A stretch of DNA of 50,450 bases from Winogradskyella sp. (GTDB taxonomy: Bacteria; Bacteroidota; Bacteroidia; Flavobacteriales; Flavobacteriaceae). Below are positions 10,141-19,374 of the stretch, one piece after another. Positions within the stretch are counted from its first letter, which is position 1; each line of letters opens with the position of its first letter. The stretch is from contig JABDIQ010000180.1 in the NCBI GenBank assembly GCA_013003655.1, positions 1 through 50,450 on the forward strand, in the 5' to 3' direction. The notes beneath the pieces are model-generated. The model saw only the letters and a program-made list of their open reading frames with translations. It was not told the DNA's origin and made no database searches. A program made the position numbers and the translations under genes.

Positions 10141-11721
10141 TTAAGTTGTTTTTGGTCTAAGTTTAAAAAATTCTATAAAGCTCTCCGGATTCTCAACAAT
10201 ACCCTTTTCTGAAATAAGTTTAATGTCTATGTTTCGTTCTTTGGCTTTATAAGCAAAATCGTCTAATATCTCAATGATATCGTGGTCTAAGTATCGTGTT
10301 TTCCTTACGTCAAACTCTAAAAAGGTGTCTCTTGGCAAACTATCTAATTCTTTCAAAATGGCTCCCTTATTAAAGAATGTAACCTCTTCGGCCAAAGTCA
10401 TTTTAATTCTATGTTTTCCATTACTTTTATCTTCAATATGAAGGAAATGTGAGTTTTGATAACTTTTTATGAGTATTACTACAATACCTACTGCTAGTCC
10501 TAATCCAATACCAATTAATAGATCCGTAAATACAATACCTACAACCGTTACCGTAAATGGCACAAATTGCTTCCATCCTAAATCGTACATCTGTTTGAAT
10601 AGTGCAGGTTTAGCAAGCTTATAACCAACAATTAGTAACACTGCTGCTAATACAGATAGTGGTATCATGTTCAACAATCTTGGTATGATGATAATGGATA
10701 TTAAAAGTAAAAATCCGTGAATTATAGTAGAGGCTTTACTCTTACCACCAGATTGAATATTAGCAGAACTTCTTACTATTACTTGCGTAATTGGCAAGCC
10801 ACCAATTAAACCCGATATCACATTTCCAGTACCTTGTGCTATTAACTCTCTATTGGTTGGTGTTACGTTTTTATCTGGGTCTAATTTATCAGTGGCTTCC
10901 ACACATAATAACGTCTCTAAACTAGCTACTAACGCAATTGTAAAGGCAACTATCCAAACTTCTGGATTTGATATTATTGCAAAGTTTGGAAAACTAAATT
11001 GACCTAAAAAAGAGTCAATCCCTTCAGGAACAGGCACACTAACTAAGTGAGATTGTTCTATAGCGAAATAGTCATTATTTTGCGTTAGAACATAAAATAT
11101 AATACCTAATACCACCGCTACTAGTGGTCCTTGAATAATTTGGAAAATCTTATGCTTATTCATTAGCACATTACCCCATAAAATGAGTATCCCTAAAGAG
11201 ATGATACCTATGGTCATTGAACCAATGATTATATTATCAAAGATGTTGAAAATTGCAGAGAATGTATTTTCTCCTGTTGTTTCAAAAAAGCTTACAGAGC
11301 CTTCTGGTCCGGCATCATAACCAAAAAAGTGAGGTATTTGCTTTAAAATTATAATAATACCAATACCGGTTAACATGCCTTTAATAACAGAGGACGGAAA
11401 ATAGTAACCAATAACTCCGGCTTTTAGCACACCAAAAACAAGCTGTATAATACCTCCTAAAACAACAGCTACTAAGAAATTCTGGTAACCGCCTAAGGTA
11501 CTTATTGCAACTAAAACTATAGCTGCCAAACCTGCAGCCGGACCACTAACACCAATCTTAGAGCCACTTATAGAACCTACGACAATACCACCAACGATAC
11601 CTGCAATTAGTCCGGAAAATAGTGGTGCACCACTGGCCAAAGCAATTCCTAAACATAGTGGTAATGCAACAAAGAATACGACAATACTCGCTGGTATGTC
11701 ATTTTTTAAAGTTTTAAACAT
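10141..11721 (-). CDS. SulP-family anion transporter (BicA-like architecture) with a C-terminal STAS domain
   Basis: I prefer the ATG at 11721 (MFKTLKNDIPASIVVFFVALPLCLGIALASGAP), because the ORF-track start at 11745 is a TTG. It has the conserved NRELIAQGTGN block and a STAS-like C-terminus. Confidence 0.9.
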   Translation of the reverse strand: MFKTLKNDIPASIVVFFVALPLCLGIALASGAPLFSGLIAGIVGGIVVGSISGSKIGVSGPAAGLAAIVLVAISTLGGYQNFLVAVVLGGIIQLVFGVLKAGVIGYYFPSSVIKGMLTGIGIIIILKQIPHFFGYDAGPEGSVSFFETTGENTFSAIFNIFDNIIIGSMTIGIISLGILILWGNVLMNKHKIFQIIQGPLVAVVLGIIFYVLTQNNDYFAIEQSHLVSVPVPEGIDSFLGQFSFPNFAIISNPEVWIVAFTIALVASLETLLCVEATDKLDPDKNVTPTNRELIAQGTGNVISGLIGGLPITQVIVRSSANIQSGGKSKASTIIHGFLLLISIIIIPRLLNMIPLSVLAAVLLIVGYKLAKPALFKQMYDLGWKQFVPFTVTVVGIVFTDLLIGIGLGLAVGIVVILIKSYQNSHFLHIEDKSNGKHRIKMTLAEEVTFFNKGAILKELDSLPRDTFLEFDVRKTRYLDHDIIEILDDFAYKAKERNIDIKLISEKGIVENPESFIEFFKLRPKTT

Positions 11722-11811
11722 GATATAAATAAATTGAGTCTTCAATATATAGATTGATCAAAGACAAAAATGAGTATTAAGCGGAAAACGCCTTTTATTT
11801 TAGATTTAGCA

Positions 11812-12111
11812 TTAAACGAATTTGAATTCGGGAGGAGGTGTAATTAAATTTAGATGGGGTTTCGGATAATTTTTGAATGTATATCCAGTCAATGATTTTG
11901 ACGCATTGCCATCACAGTTAGTTTCAAAGAAATCTGTTTTATCTTCAAAAATAAGTTTGAAGTTTCCACTTTCTTCTTCTTCGTTGACACTAAAAAAGAG
12001 AGAAATATCAACAGAATCATCAATTGATGCAATAATTGTTGGTGCAGCAATAAAAGCCATAAAAATTATGGTGAAAAATATTGAGAAATAATATTTTGGC
12101 TGGTTTTTCAT
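11812..12111 (-). CDS. Hypothetical small membrane-anchored protein
   Basis: This 99 aa protein has a single N-terminal TM helix (YFSIFFTIIFMAFIAAPTIIA). No motif was recognised, and coding status rests only on ORF length and position. Confidence 0.4.
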   Translation of the reverse strand: MKNQPKYYFSIFFTIIFMAFIAAPTIIASIDDSVDISLFFSVNEEEESGNFKLIFEDKTDFFETNCDGNASKSLTGYTFKNYPKPHLNLITPPPEFKFV

Positions 12112-12160
12112 AAAGTTTATAAAGATAAAATTTTAATAAAACTTATATGTTAATCAAACT

Positions 12161-12922
12161 TTAAAATTTACGGATTAGTTTAATATCCTTTGAAGGAATC
12201 CAACCCATGGTTCCATCTGCCAATTTGATTTTATGCCAACTTTTTACTGTATCTAAAACCTGTACCTTAGTGCCTTCGTGCAATCTAAAAGCCTCTTCAC
12301 TTCGTAGATTGGGCTCCGTCTTTACTTTACTTTCCTGTGCAAAAACAATGGCAGGTTTGTCGTCATTATATAAACTATAATTTTGGAAAGCCATAAATAC
12401 AGAAGATACACTTATGAGTAAGCTTATAACACTTACCACGAAAGCAATTCGTTTTTTGGCTGTGGCGTAAGAGAAATGATAGAACAAAAATAATAGAACA
12501 AAAACCAACATACTTAGTACAGCAATCTTTGCCCAAGCATCGTATGTAATACTATTAACAACATTTTTATAAATGCGTGAAAATCCTACTTCGGGAACAC
12601 TCCCTATAGCATCAACGGTCATGTTTTGTGCAAAAGCAAGATTATTCTTTATTTCACGATCATTAGGGTCTAATGCTACTGCCTTTTCGTAATAATAAAT
12701 ACTAGGTGCTATATTATTTAATTTATAATGAGCATTCGCCAAATTAAAATATACAGCAGCTGAGTGCTCATTAGATGCTAAGATGGCTTCGTATTTCTCT
12801 ATGGCTTCTGCAAACTTGCCTTCATTGTAAAGCTTATTACCCTCTTCAAAAAGAATTTCGCCCTGAGACCAAGCGCTCATCACACTTATTAAAGTAACTA
12901 TGAAAATTAATAATTGTTTCAT
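12161..12922 (-). CDS. batE: BatE-like protein: TPR repeats, two TM helices and a C-terminal SH3b domain
   Basis: It has a signal peptide and TPR-like repeats (AEAIEKYEAIL, AAVYFNLANAHYKL, PSIYYYEKAVALDP). It has an SH3-like C-terminus (VQVLDTVKSWHKIKLADGTMGWIPSKDI). It is the last gene of the Bat-type operon. Confidence 0.75.
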   Translation of the reverse strand: MKQLLIFIVTLISVMSAWSQGEILFEEGNKLYNEGKFAEAIEKYEAILASNEHSAAVYFNLANAHYKLNNIAPSIYYYEKAVALDPNDREIKNNLAFAQNMTVDAIGSVPEVGFSRIYKNVVNSITYDAWAKIAVLSMLVFVLLFLFYHFSYATAKKRIAFVVSVISLLISVSSVFMAFQNYSLYNDDKPAIVFAQESKVKTEPNLRSEEAFRLHEGTKVQVLDTVKSWHKIKLADGTMGWIPSKDIKLIRKF

Positions 12923-12923
12923 G

Positions 12924-14699
12924 TTATCTCAATTCTTTATCTAGTTTTGAAATGGTTTTTGCTGCCTTTTCATAATCATTTTGCATCGTTACTGTAGTAA
13001 TTGGAGTGTAACGCGCCAACTCGCAACTTTCTAATAGATCTGTAAATTCTTCTATGGTTTGGCTGTTGACATTTCGTTGAGACAGCAGTGCAATTATTTT
13101 GTCTTTATTAAAGTCACTAGTTTCTATTCGTAATTTTGCCTTAAGATAATTATGTAACGCTCTTTCTAATGCTTCGTAAAACTGCTCCTTTTCACCTAAA
13201 TTCTTTTTAGCTTCACTTAAATATTTTCGTGCTAATCTGTCTGCTTTTCGTACTTTATTACCTACAACGTCTGCATCTCTTTTGTCCTTACCTCTGCGGA
13301 TTACAATAGCCAACGGAATGGCAAGTAATGGTAAAAGTAAAGACATCCAAAATAGAGTGGATTTAAAAAAATGCGTTGTTGATATAGAGGTAAGGTTTGG
13401 TTTGGTTTTTATAAACGCAAATTGGTCTTTATTGGTAATAACATTTTGCTTACTTGATGTTTTGTTGGGATTTTCATTGGTGGAAGAAATCATCGCTGAA
13501 GGACCTTCAAGAACATCAATAATAATCTCATCTGAGGTAATTCGCTTATAGGATTCCGTCTTTAGATCGAAATAAGAAAAAGAAATACTAGGTATAGGGT
13601 ATTTCCCTTTATATGCCGGAACGATGGTGTATGAATCTGAAATCTTACCACGCATACCACTGAGATTGGTAGACACATATTCTTTGTGTTCTGGTTCAAA
13701 TACCTCTAAGGAACTTGGTGCTGTAAGTTTAGGTAATTCAAATAATTTAAGATTTCCTTTTCCACTTACCTCTACTAATGCTTGTAATGATTCTGTTGCA
13801 TTTAGCTCTGTTTTAGTTGTTGTAACGTTAAAACTATAATCACCAACTGCACCTTTAAAATCTGCTGGTTTGCCTGCTTCTGGCAAAGGTTTTACATTGA
13901 TAGTTCTACTACCTGCAGATACCGTTTTTGGTACGCGAGTCATAATTCTATTGCCAAATATATCTGTACGACTCGTTGGTACCTCAACCGTAATATCTAA
14001 ACTCAGAGGCTCTATTTTAAGTTCACCTGTTTTTTGAGGGTAAAGCACGGTTTTTCTTAAGACCACATAACGATAATCTTCACCTTTATAAGTTCCATTT
14101 TCTATTTTAAGGCCTTTAATTTCAATATTCTGACTCCAAAAATCATTATACCTCGGATTATCTTTCTCTCGCCAGTTGCTAACACCAGTATCTGGTGACA
14201 CATAGAGTTTATAAACAACAGTAATGGCCTCATTTAAATAAGGATTTGTTTTTGAAACTTCAGCTACTAAATGAATATTCTCAGATGCAATAAATTCTGC
14301 ATTATTTCCATCTTTTGGCCTATCTACAGCCTTTGTAACTTCTATTTTTACAGGGAACGTTTTATATATTTCACCTTCTATTTCTATGGTGGCTTGCTTA
14401 ATTGTAAAGCTTCCTACACTTTTAGGTGCTAAAAAATAACTATAGGTTTTTGAATATGTGCGTTCACCATTGATCCATGAATTGCTAACCGAAGTATTAG
14501 GACCACCAACAACTGTAAACCCATCAAAGTTAGGAGGGTTAAAATTGTCACCATCCTTATTCATTTCAAAATCAATCCGTAACCGCTCATTAACACCTAG
14601 CTTTTGCTTACTCACTTTAGCCTCAAACTTAACCTGAGCTAGAGCCATACTATTGCAAGCAATAAGTATAATTAACGCTATGTGTTTTATTAGTTTCAT
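12924..14699 (-). CDS. batD: BatD-like oxygen-tolerance protein
   Basis: It has a signal peptide, a beta-rich ectodomain, one TM helix (LFWMSLLLPLLAIPLAIVI) and a helical C-terminus. Its length of 591 aa and its position after batC are canonical. Confidence 0.8.
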   Translation of the reverse strand: MKLIKHIALIILIACNSMALAQVKFEAKVSKQKLGVNERLRIDFEMNKDGDNFNPPNFDGFTVVGGPNTSVSNSWINGERTYSKTYSYFLAPKSVGSFTIKQATIEIEGEIYKTFPVKIEVTKAVDRPKDGNNAEFIASENIHLVAEVSKTNPYLNEAITVVYKLYVSPDTGVSNWREKDNPRYNDFWSQNIEIKGLKIENGTYKGEDYRYVVLRKTVLYPQKTGELKIEPLSLDITVEVPTSRTDIFGNRIMTRVPKTVSAGSRTINVKPLPEAGKPADFKGAVGDYSFNVTTTKTELNATESLQALVEVSGKGNLKLFELPKLTAPSSLEVFEPEHKEYVSTNLSGMRGKISDSYTIVPAYKGKYPIPSISFSYFDLKTESYKRITSDEIIIDVLEGPSAMISSTNENPNKTSSKQNVITNKDQFAFIKTKPNLTSISTTHFFKSTLFWMSLLLPLLAIPLAIVIRRGKDKRDADVVGNKVRKADRLARKYLSEAKKNLGEKEQFYEALERALHNYLKAKLRIETSDFNKDKIIALLSQRNVNSQTIEEFTDLLESCELARYTPITTVTMQNDYEKAAKTISKLDKELR

Positions 14700-14722
14700 T
14701 GTTTAATTGACTAAGAATTATT

Positions 14723-15556
14723 TTACCAGTCTTTTTCAGTTTTTATTTTTGCTCCTTTTTGTTTTTCAGCATTTATTTTTTCTTGTACTTTCTGTTCTTG
14801 GTTATTCATGGCCTCTAGGATATTCTTAATCTGTTGAGGTGATAATTGTCCTGGTTGTGGTTTTGGCTTTTTCTGCTTTTTATTTTCATCGCCTTTACCA
14901 TCATCTTTCTTATTCTCTTTTGGATCTCCATTTTCGTCCTCCTTATCTTCACCTTCTTTTTTATCCTTATCGCCTTCATCTTTATTATCATCTTTCTCGT
15001 CACCATCATCTTTTTTATCCTGATCCTCCTTATTTTCATCTTCACCCTTATCATCCTCCTTATCTTCTTCGCCATCGCCTTCTTGTTCTTCTGCACACTC
15101 TTTGGCCAAGGCTAAATTATATCTCGTTTCATCATCTGTTGGGTTACTTCTCAATGCATTTTTGTAAGCTTCAACAGCCTCTTTGCATAATTTGTTTTGC
15201 ATTAAAACATTGCCAATATTATGATATGCTTTGTGTTTTTCTTCCTTTGTTACGGCATTCTTAACTGCCATTTGGTTAATGTATAAGGCCTCATCAAACG
15301 TTCCTTTTTTGTAGAAGGTATGCGCAAGATTATAGTTGCCAACAGCTGTATTTGGGTATTTTGATATGGCTTTACGATATTCCATCTCAGCCGCGATAAA
15401 ATCTTCATCTTCTGCTAAGCTATTACCTTGGTAAATTAAATTATTGGCCTTTTTTACTGCATTTAGATTATCTGTTGGTTCTTGTTGTTGCGCTTGCAAA
15501 ACACCAACCACTAGAACTAAAATCAGCGTACAAAGTCTATTTATTTTTGATTTCAT
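14723..15556 (-). CDS. batC: BatC-like TPR protein with a long D/E/K low-complexity region
   Basis: It has a signal peptide and TPR repeats (AEMEYRKAISKYPN, GNYNLAHTFYKKG, EAVEAYKNALRSNP), followed by about 85 aa of EDK-rich sequence. Confidence 0.75.
   Translation of the reverse strand: MKSKINRLCTLILVLVVGVLQAQQQEPTDNLNAVKKANNLIYQGNSLAEDEDFIAAEMEYRKAISKYPNTAVGNYNLAHTFYKKGTFDEALYINQMAVKNAVTKEEKHKAYHNIGNVLMQNKLCKEAVEAYKNALRSNPTDDETRYNLALAKECAEEQEGDGEEDKEDDKGEDENKEDQDKKDDGDEKDDNKDEGDKDKKEGEDKEDENGDPKENKKDDGKGDENKKQKKPKPQPGQLSPQQIKNILEAMNNQEQKVQEKINAEKQKGAKIKTEKDW
14815..15115. repeat. Polypyrimidine (plus strand) / polypurine (coding strand) low-complexity tract inside batC
   Basis: A hand count of 14881-15060 gives 33 purines in 180 nt on the plus strand. 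The region has quasi-repetitive TCATC/TTATC/CTCCT units and is open in several frames on both strands. Confidence 0.75.
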
Positions 15557-15642
15557 TTTATATTTTTATTCAATCATTTTCTAATTTAATAAAGGTATGC
15601 GGTGAAAAGCGTTAAAATAGTTTTAAAACTTTTTCTGATATT

Positions 15643-16680
15643 TTAAAAATTTTCATTGAACAAGTTGAGTTTTTTTAACCATGCGGTCTTCCGTTCTAAT
15701 AAAAATATGTCAATAAATAGAAGCAAAATAGCAAAGCCTAAAAACCATTGAAACTGATCTTTATAATCTGCAATCTGTTTAGTTTCAAACTCTGTCTTGT
15801 CCATCGTATTTAGAACCTCCTTTATTTGTTCTATTACCTGAGCCGTACTTTTTCCATCTATATAGATACCATTGGTTTCATTGGCAATACTCTGGAGTGT
15901 TTCTGGATTTAACTTAGTAATGACAATTTCATTGTTCTTATCCTTTTTATAAGTAAAAATGGTGCCATTCCTTTTTATAGGAATAGGTGCGCCTTTAACA
16001 TCACCCACGCCAATAGTAACAATTTTAATACCTTCCTCCATAGCCTCTTCTGCTGCATCAATAGCTTCACCTTCATGATCTTCACCATCTGATATAATGA
16101 TAAGAATTCTATTGGTCTGCTCTTCATTGTCAAAATAAGTCTTTGAGAGTAATATGGCCTCTTGAATGGCCGTACCCTGAGAAGACATCATATCTGTATT
16201 CATGTTTTGCAGAAACATCTTAGCAGCTGCATAATCTGTAGTAATTGGCAACTGCGGAAAAGCTTTTCCTGCATAGGCTATGATACCTACACGATCACTA
16301 GCTAAATTGTTAATGATTTGCGTAACTAGTTGTTTTGATTTTTCTAATCTATTGGGTGCAACATCCTCGGCGAGCATACTTTTAGATACGTCAACAGCGA
16401 ATACAACATCTACACCTTGACTTCTTACAGTTTCTAGCTTAGTACCAACTTTTGGATTTACAAGTGCTAATGTAAGCATAGCAAAAGCCGCACATAACAT
16501 TAAAACTTTTAATACTCTTTTAAATAACGATTGATTAGGACTCAACTTTTTTAGAAGATTTGTGCTGGCAAATGTTTTTTGGGTTTTATACCGCCATAAC
16601 TGTACAAGTATAAATACCAACACTACAAATGGTATAACCAAAAGTGTCCAAAACCAAATATGTTCGTCTAACTTAAACAA
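15643..16680 (-). CDS. batB: BatB-like von Willebrand factor A domain membrane protein
   Basis: It has N- and C-terminal TM helices and the MIDAS motif DVSKSM in VVFAVDVSKSMLAED. The apparent TTG start overlaps the batA stop by 8 nt. Confidence 0.85.
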   Translation of the reverse strand: MFKLDEHIWFWTLLVIPFVVLVFILVQLWRYKTQKTFASTNLLKKLSPNQSLFKRVLKVLMLCAAFAMLTLALVNPKVGTKLETVRSQGVDVVFAVDVSKSMLAEDVAPNRLEKSKQLVTQIINNLASDRVGIIAYAGKAFPQLPITTDYAAAKMFLQNMNTDMMSSQGTAIQEAILLSKTYFDNEEQTNRILIIISDGEDHEGEAIDAAEEAMEEGIKIVTIGVGDVKGAPIPIKRNGTIFTYKKDKNNEIVITKLNPETLQSIANETNGIYIDGKSTAQVIEQIKEVLNTMDKTEFETKQIADYKDQFQWFLGFAILLLFIDIFLLERKTAWLKKLNLFNENF

Positions 16681-17677
16681 AGCTTCTAAATAATGTGTTT
16701 TTAAGTAAATATTCTAGTAGTAATAAAAGTGCGGCAATCAACACCAGAGGTCTGTATTTTTCTTCGTAATTATAGTACTTGCGCTCTTCTATTTCTGTTT
16801 TTTCTAATTTATTTATTTCGTTATATATTTCTGCTAATTTCTTATTGTCCGTAGCTCTAAAATACTTTCCGCCTGTAACATCTGCTATTTCTTTAAGAAG
16901 CTCTTCATCTATTTCAACTTGTTGTCTACCGTACTGAAATGATCCATTTGGGTTTATAGCAATTGGTGATAATGCAGTACCGTTGGTGCCAATTCCTATG
17001 GTGTATGTTTTTATACCGTACTCTATAGCCAACTCACTTGCAATTTTTGGATCTATAAAACCTGAATTATTTACACCATCAGTCAATAAAATGATGACTT
17101 TACTTTTGGCTCTACTGTCTTTTAGTCTGTTAACCGCTGTGGCTAGCCCCATACCTATGGCAGTGCCACCTTCTATGATCGTATTGTACTTAATATCTCT
17201 TAGAGATCTAAGAACTATAGACTTATCACTTGTAATAGGAGTTTTGGTAAAACTTTCACCTGCATATTCTACCAAACCGATTCGGTCATTTGGTCTACCG
17301 TCAATAAAATCTGAAGCTACTTCCTTTAAAGCTTCTAGTCTGTTGGGTAATAAATCCTTGGCCAACATACTAGCAGAGACATCAATAGCCATAACTATAT
17401 CAATACCACGTGTTGTTTTAGTTCGCGTTGAAACATCAACTGTTCTTGGTCTGGCTAAAGCTGTGATGAGTAAACCAAGTGCTAATAATCTAAATACAAA
17501 TAAGGCATGTCTCAATATCGTCCACTTCGCTGTACCTGCTTTAAATCCTGTAGTGCTAGAAATCTTTAACTCTGCCGTTTGCCTTCGATTAGTAAAGATG
17601 TACCAAAGCATTGCTACCGGAATAATTAACAGTAACCAAAACCATTGTTTATTTAAAAATTCAATCTGCTCTAACAT
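16673..17677 (-). CDS. batA: BatA-like von Willebrand factor A domain membrane protein
   Basis: It has the MIDAS motif DVSASM in IVMAIDVSASMLAKD, with flanking TM helices. The ATG at 17675-17677 shares one base with the TGA stop (17677-17679) of the upstream gene, and a GTG at 17680 is an alternative start. Confidence 0.85.
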   Translation of the reverse strand: MLEQIEFLNKQWFWLLLIIPVAMLWYIFTNRRQTAELKISSTTGFKAGTAKWTILRHALFVFRLLALGLLITALARPRTVDVSTRTKTTRGIDIVMAIDVSASMLAKDLLPNRLEALKEVASDFIDGRPNDRIGLVEYAGESFTKTPITSDKSIVLRSLRDIKYNTIIEGGTAIGMGLATAVNRLKDSRAKSKVIILLTDGVNNSGFIDPKIASELAIEYGIKTYTIGIGTNGTALSPIAINPNGSFQYGRQQVEIDEELLKEIADVTGGKYFRATDNKKLAEIYNEINKLEKTEIEERKYYNYEEKYRPLVLIAALLLLLEYLLKNTLFRSFV

Positions 17678-19365
17678 CACTCGTCTTCGTTTGGTTTAAG
17701 TTCAATTGAATTTAATATACGTTCTAGCATATCGTCTGCATAGGTATCGTCCTGAGGCGTTGTAATTACAATTTGCTGTAAAATATTCTCAGCTGTAAAT
17801 TGAAGCAATACATAATTAGCTCTTTCTGATATGTCAGTCTCTGGCACATTAATAACACATGTACCATAGGTTTTTAACCCTTCTGCAGCATTTGGTGTTA
17901 TGAATTGTTCTCGTTTGACGATAATGTCTGTGACACCTTGCTCTTCCATTTGTTTTAAAAATAGCTCAGACATAAGAGCCAGATCTATAGTGTTTGTTTT
18001 TTCTTGACCTTGTTGTGTATTTGGGTCTTGAGACGGTTCATTGAATTTTACAGTGCTCACCGTAACACTAAATACATCTTGTAAAGAACCATACGTGAAT
18101 GTGGTCGTTTTTGCTTTCTCTTTTGTATCATCAGTAACAGGAAGATCGGTGCGTTTTAAAACTTTAGGCGTGGAAATATATACAGGTGGAAAGCCATATG
18201 CACTGCTCACCCACTCACCTTCGAGCAATTCCTTATTGTCATTACCTACAATGGTGTCCTTAACATAGGTGAAGCCATACTTAATTCCGAAACCTACGAT
18301 TGTTGCCACTAGTAAAAATGCTGAAATGGCTACAGTCAATATTATTTTTCGTCGCTTTTGTTTAGCTTCTTGTTCTTCTTTGTATTGTTGGTTTAATAAT
18401 TTTTCTTCCTCTGATGGCTCTGGTAAACTTTGTTTTACAGCATCTATCTCTTTATCAATGGTAGATTTATCCATTTCTGCTAAAGCAGTATCGGGTTTAG
18501 ACTTTGCAAACTTTACAAGATCCGCACGTTTCAGTATGGTTTCTAAATTCTTAATAGTAGAACTCGACAAAGGTATTTCGTTTGCGTCCTTAAGAAGATT
18601 AAGCCTTTGAATAAGCTCGTCCGTTGTACTCTCCATCGCTCTGTCGTACACCTTTTCATCCAGGTACTTTCTAATAATAAGTGTTAATTCTGAATAAAAT
18701 TCTTTTACCTCAGATCTAATGAGATATTGACTTTCGTCTAATTTCTTTAAGGCTAATTTGGCTCTATCGTAAGGCGGCAATAATGCAATTTCTTCTTCCT
18801 CTGTTAAAGGTTTTTTACGCCAAATAAACCAATACAATACAAATGCAACTAAAGCAATTATTAAAAGTGCTAATAAGATATACCACCATTTAGTGCTAGA
18901 CGTTTTGTCAACTTCAATAAGCGGTTTAATATCATAAAGACCTTGTTTCGTCGTATCTACTTGTACGGAAGCTACTTCAACACGCAGAGAATCTGTAAAG
19001 AATGGACGTTCATTGATTATAATTTTTTGTGCCGGAATCGTGTATTTACCAGAATCAAACTGAGTGAGTTTATACGTCTTTAATAGTTTGAATTTATCGC
19101 CTTCTGTTGTGGTATCTATTTTGAAGGATTCAATCATTTCTAATAGCCCAAAGGTTTGTCCTTCAGGAAAAACAACAAAGGCTGAGCTATCGGCTTTTAC
19201 TTGAATCTCATAAGAGATCTGTTCACCTATTTTAATTTTGGTTGTATCAACAGTTGAGGAAACCTGTGCAAAAGTGCTTAATGAAGAAAACATCAATACT
19301 AAAGCAAAAGCATAGTATATGTTGACTCTCTTAAATAAAACGCTATGTTTTTCTATCACTTTCAT
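17677..19365 (-). CDS. Bat-operon membrane protein (562 aa): BatD-like ectodomain, TM helix, helical segment, second TM helix and an extra C-terminal domain
   Basis: It has a signal peptide (SLSTFAQ). TM helices are at about aa 160-182 (WWYILLALLIIALVAFVLYWFIW) and about aa 343-365. It occupies the slot between the DUF58 gene and batA. Confidence 0.65.
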   Translation of the reverse strand: MKVIEKHSVLFKRVNIYYAFALVLMFSSLSTFAQVSSTVDTTKIKIGEQISYEIQVKADSSAFVVFPEGQTFGLLEMIESFKIDTTTEGDKFKLLKTYKLTQFDSGKYTIPAQKIIINERPFFTDSLRVEVASVQVDTTKQGLYDIKPLIEVDKTSSTKWWYILLALLIIALVAFVLYWFIWRKKPLTEEEEIALLPPYDRAKLALKKLDESQYLIRSEVKEFYSELTLIIRKYLDEKVYDRAMESTTDELIQRLNLLKDANEIPLSSSTIKNLETILKRADLVKFAKSKPDTALAEMDKSTIDKEIDAVKQSLPEPSEEEKLLNQQYKEEQEAKQKRRKIILTVAISAFLLVATIVGFGIKYGFTYVKDTIVGNDNKELLEGEWVSSAYGFPPVYISTPKVLKRTDLPVTDDTKEKAKTTTFTYGSLQDVFSVTVSTVKFNEPSQDPNTQQGQEKTNTIDLALMSELFLKQMEEQGVTDIIVKREQFITPNAAEGLKTYGTCVINVPETDISERANYVLLQFTAENILQQIVITTPQDDTYADDMLERILNSIELKPNEDE

Positions 19366-19374
19366 CTACTCCCA

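Noticed and set aside
11746-11811. A possible terminator hairpin (GCG-GAAAA-CGC region) downstream of the small 11812-12111 ORF
   Set aside because: The stem is only 3-4 bp with a poor U-tail on the relevant strand, which is not convincing.
14839-15264. Plus-strand ORFs 14839-15264 and 14846-15115 and minus-strand ORF 14815-15096, with bizarre repetitive products (HL/YH-rich, IF-rich, KM/RI-rich)
   Set aside because: All are artefacts of the stop-free polypyrimidine/polypurine tract inside batC. Only the batC frame is continuous with the TPR domain and signal peptide.
16983-17699. A 238 aa plus-strand ORF antisense to batA
   Set aside because: It lies entirely within the well-supported vWA gene on the other strand. 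Its product is low-complexity Ser/Leu/Ile-rich with no motifs, which is typical of a shadow ORF in AT-rich DNA.
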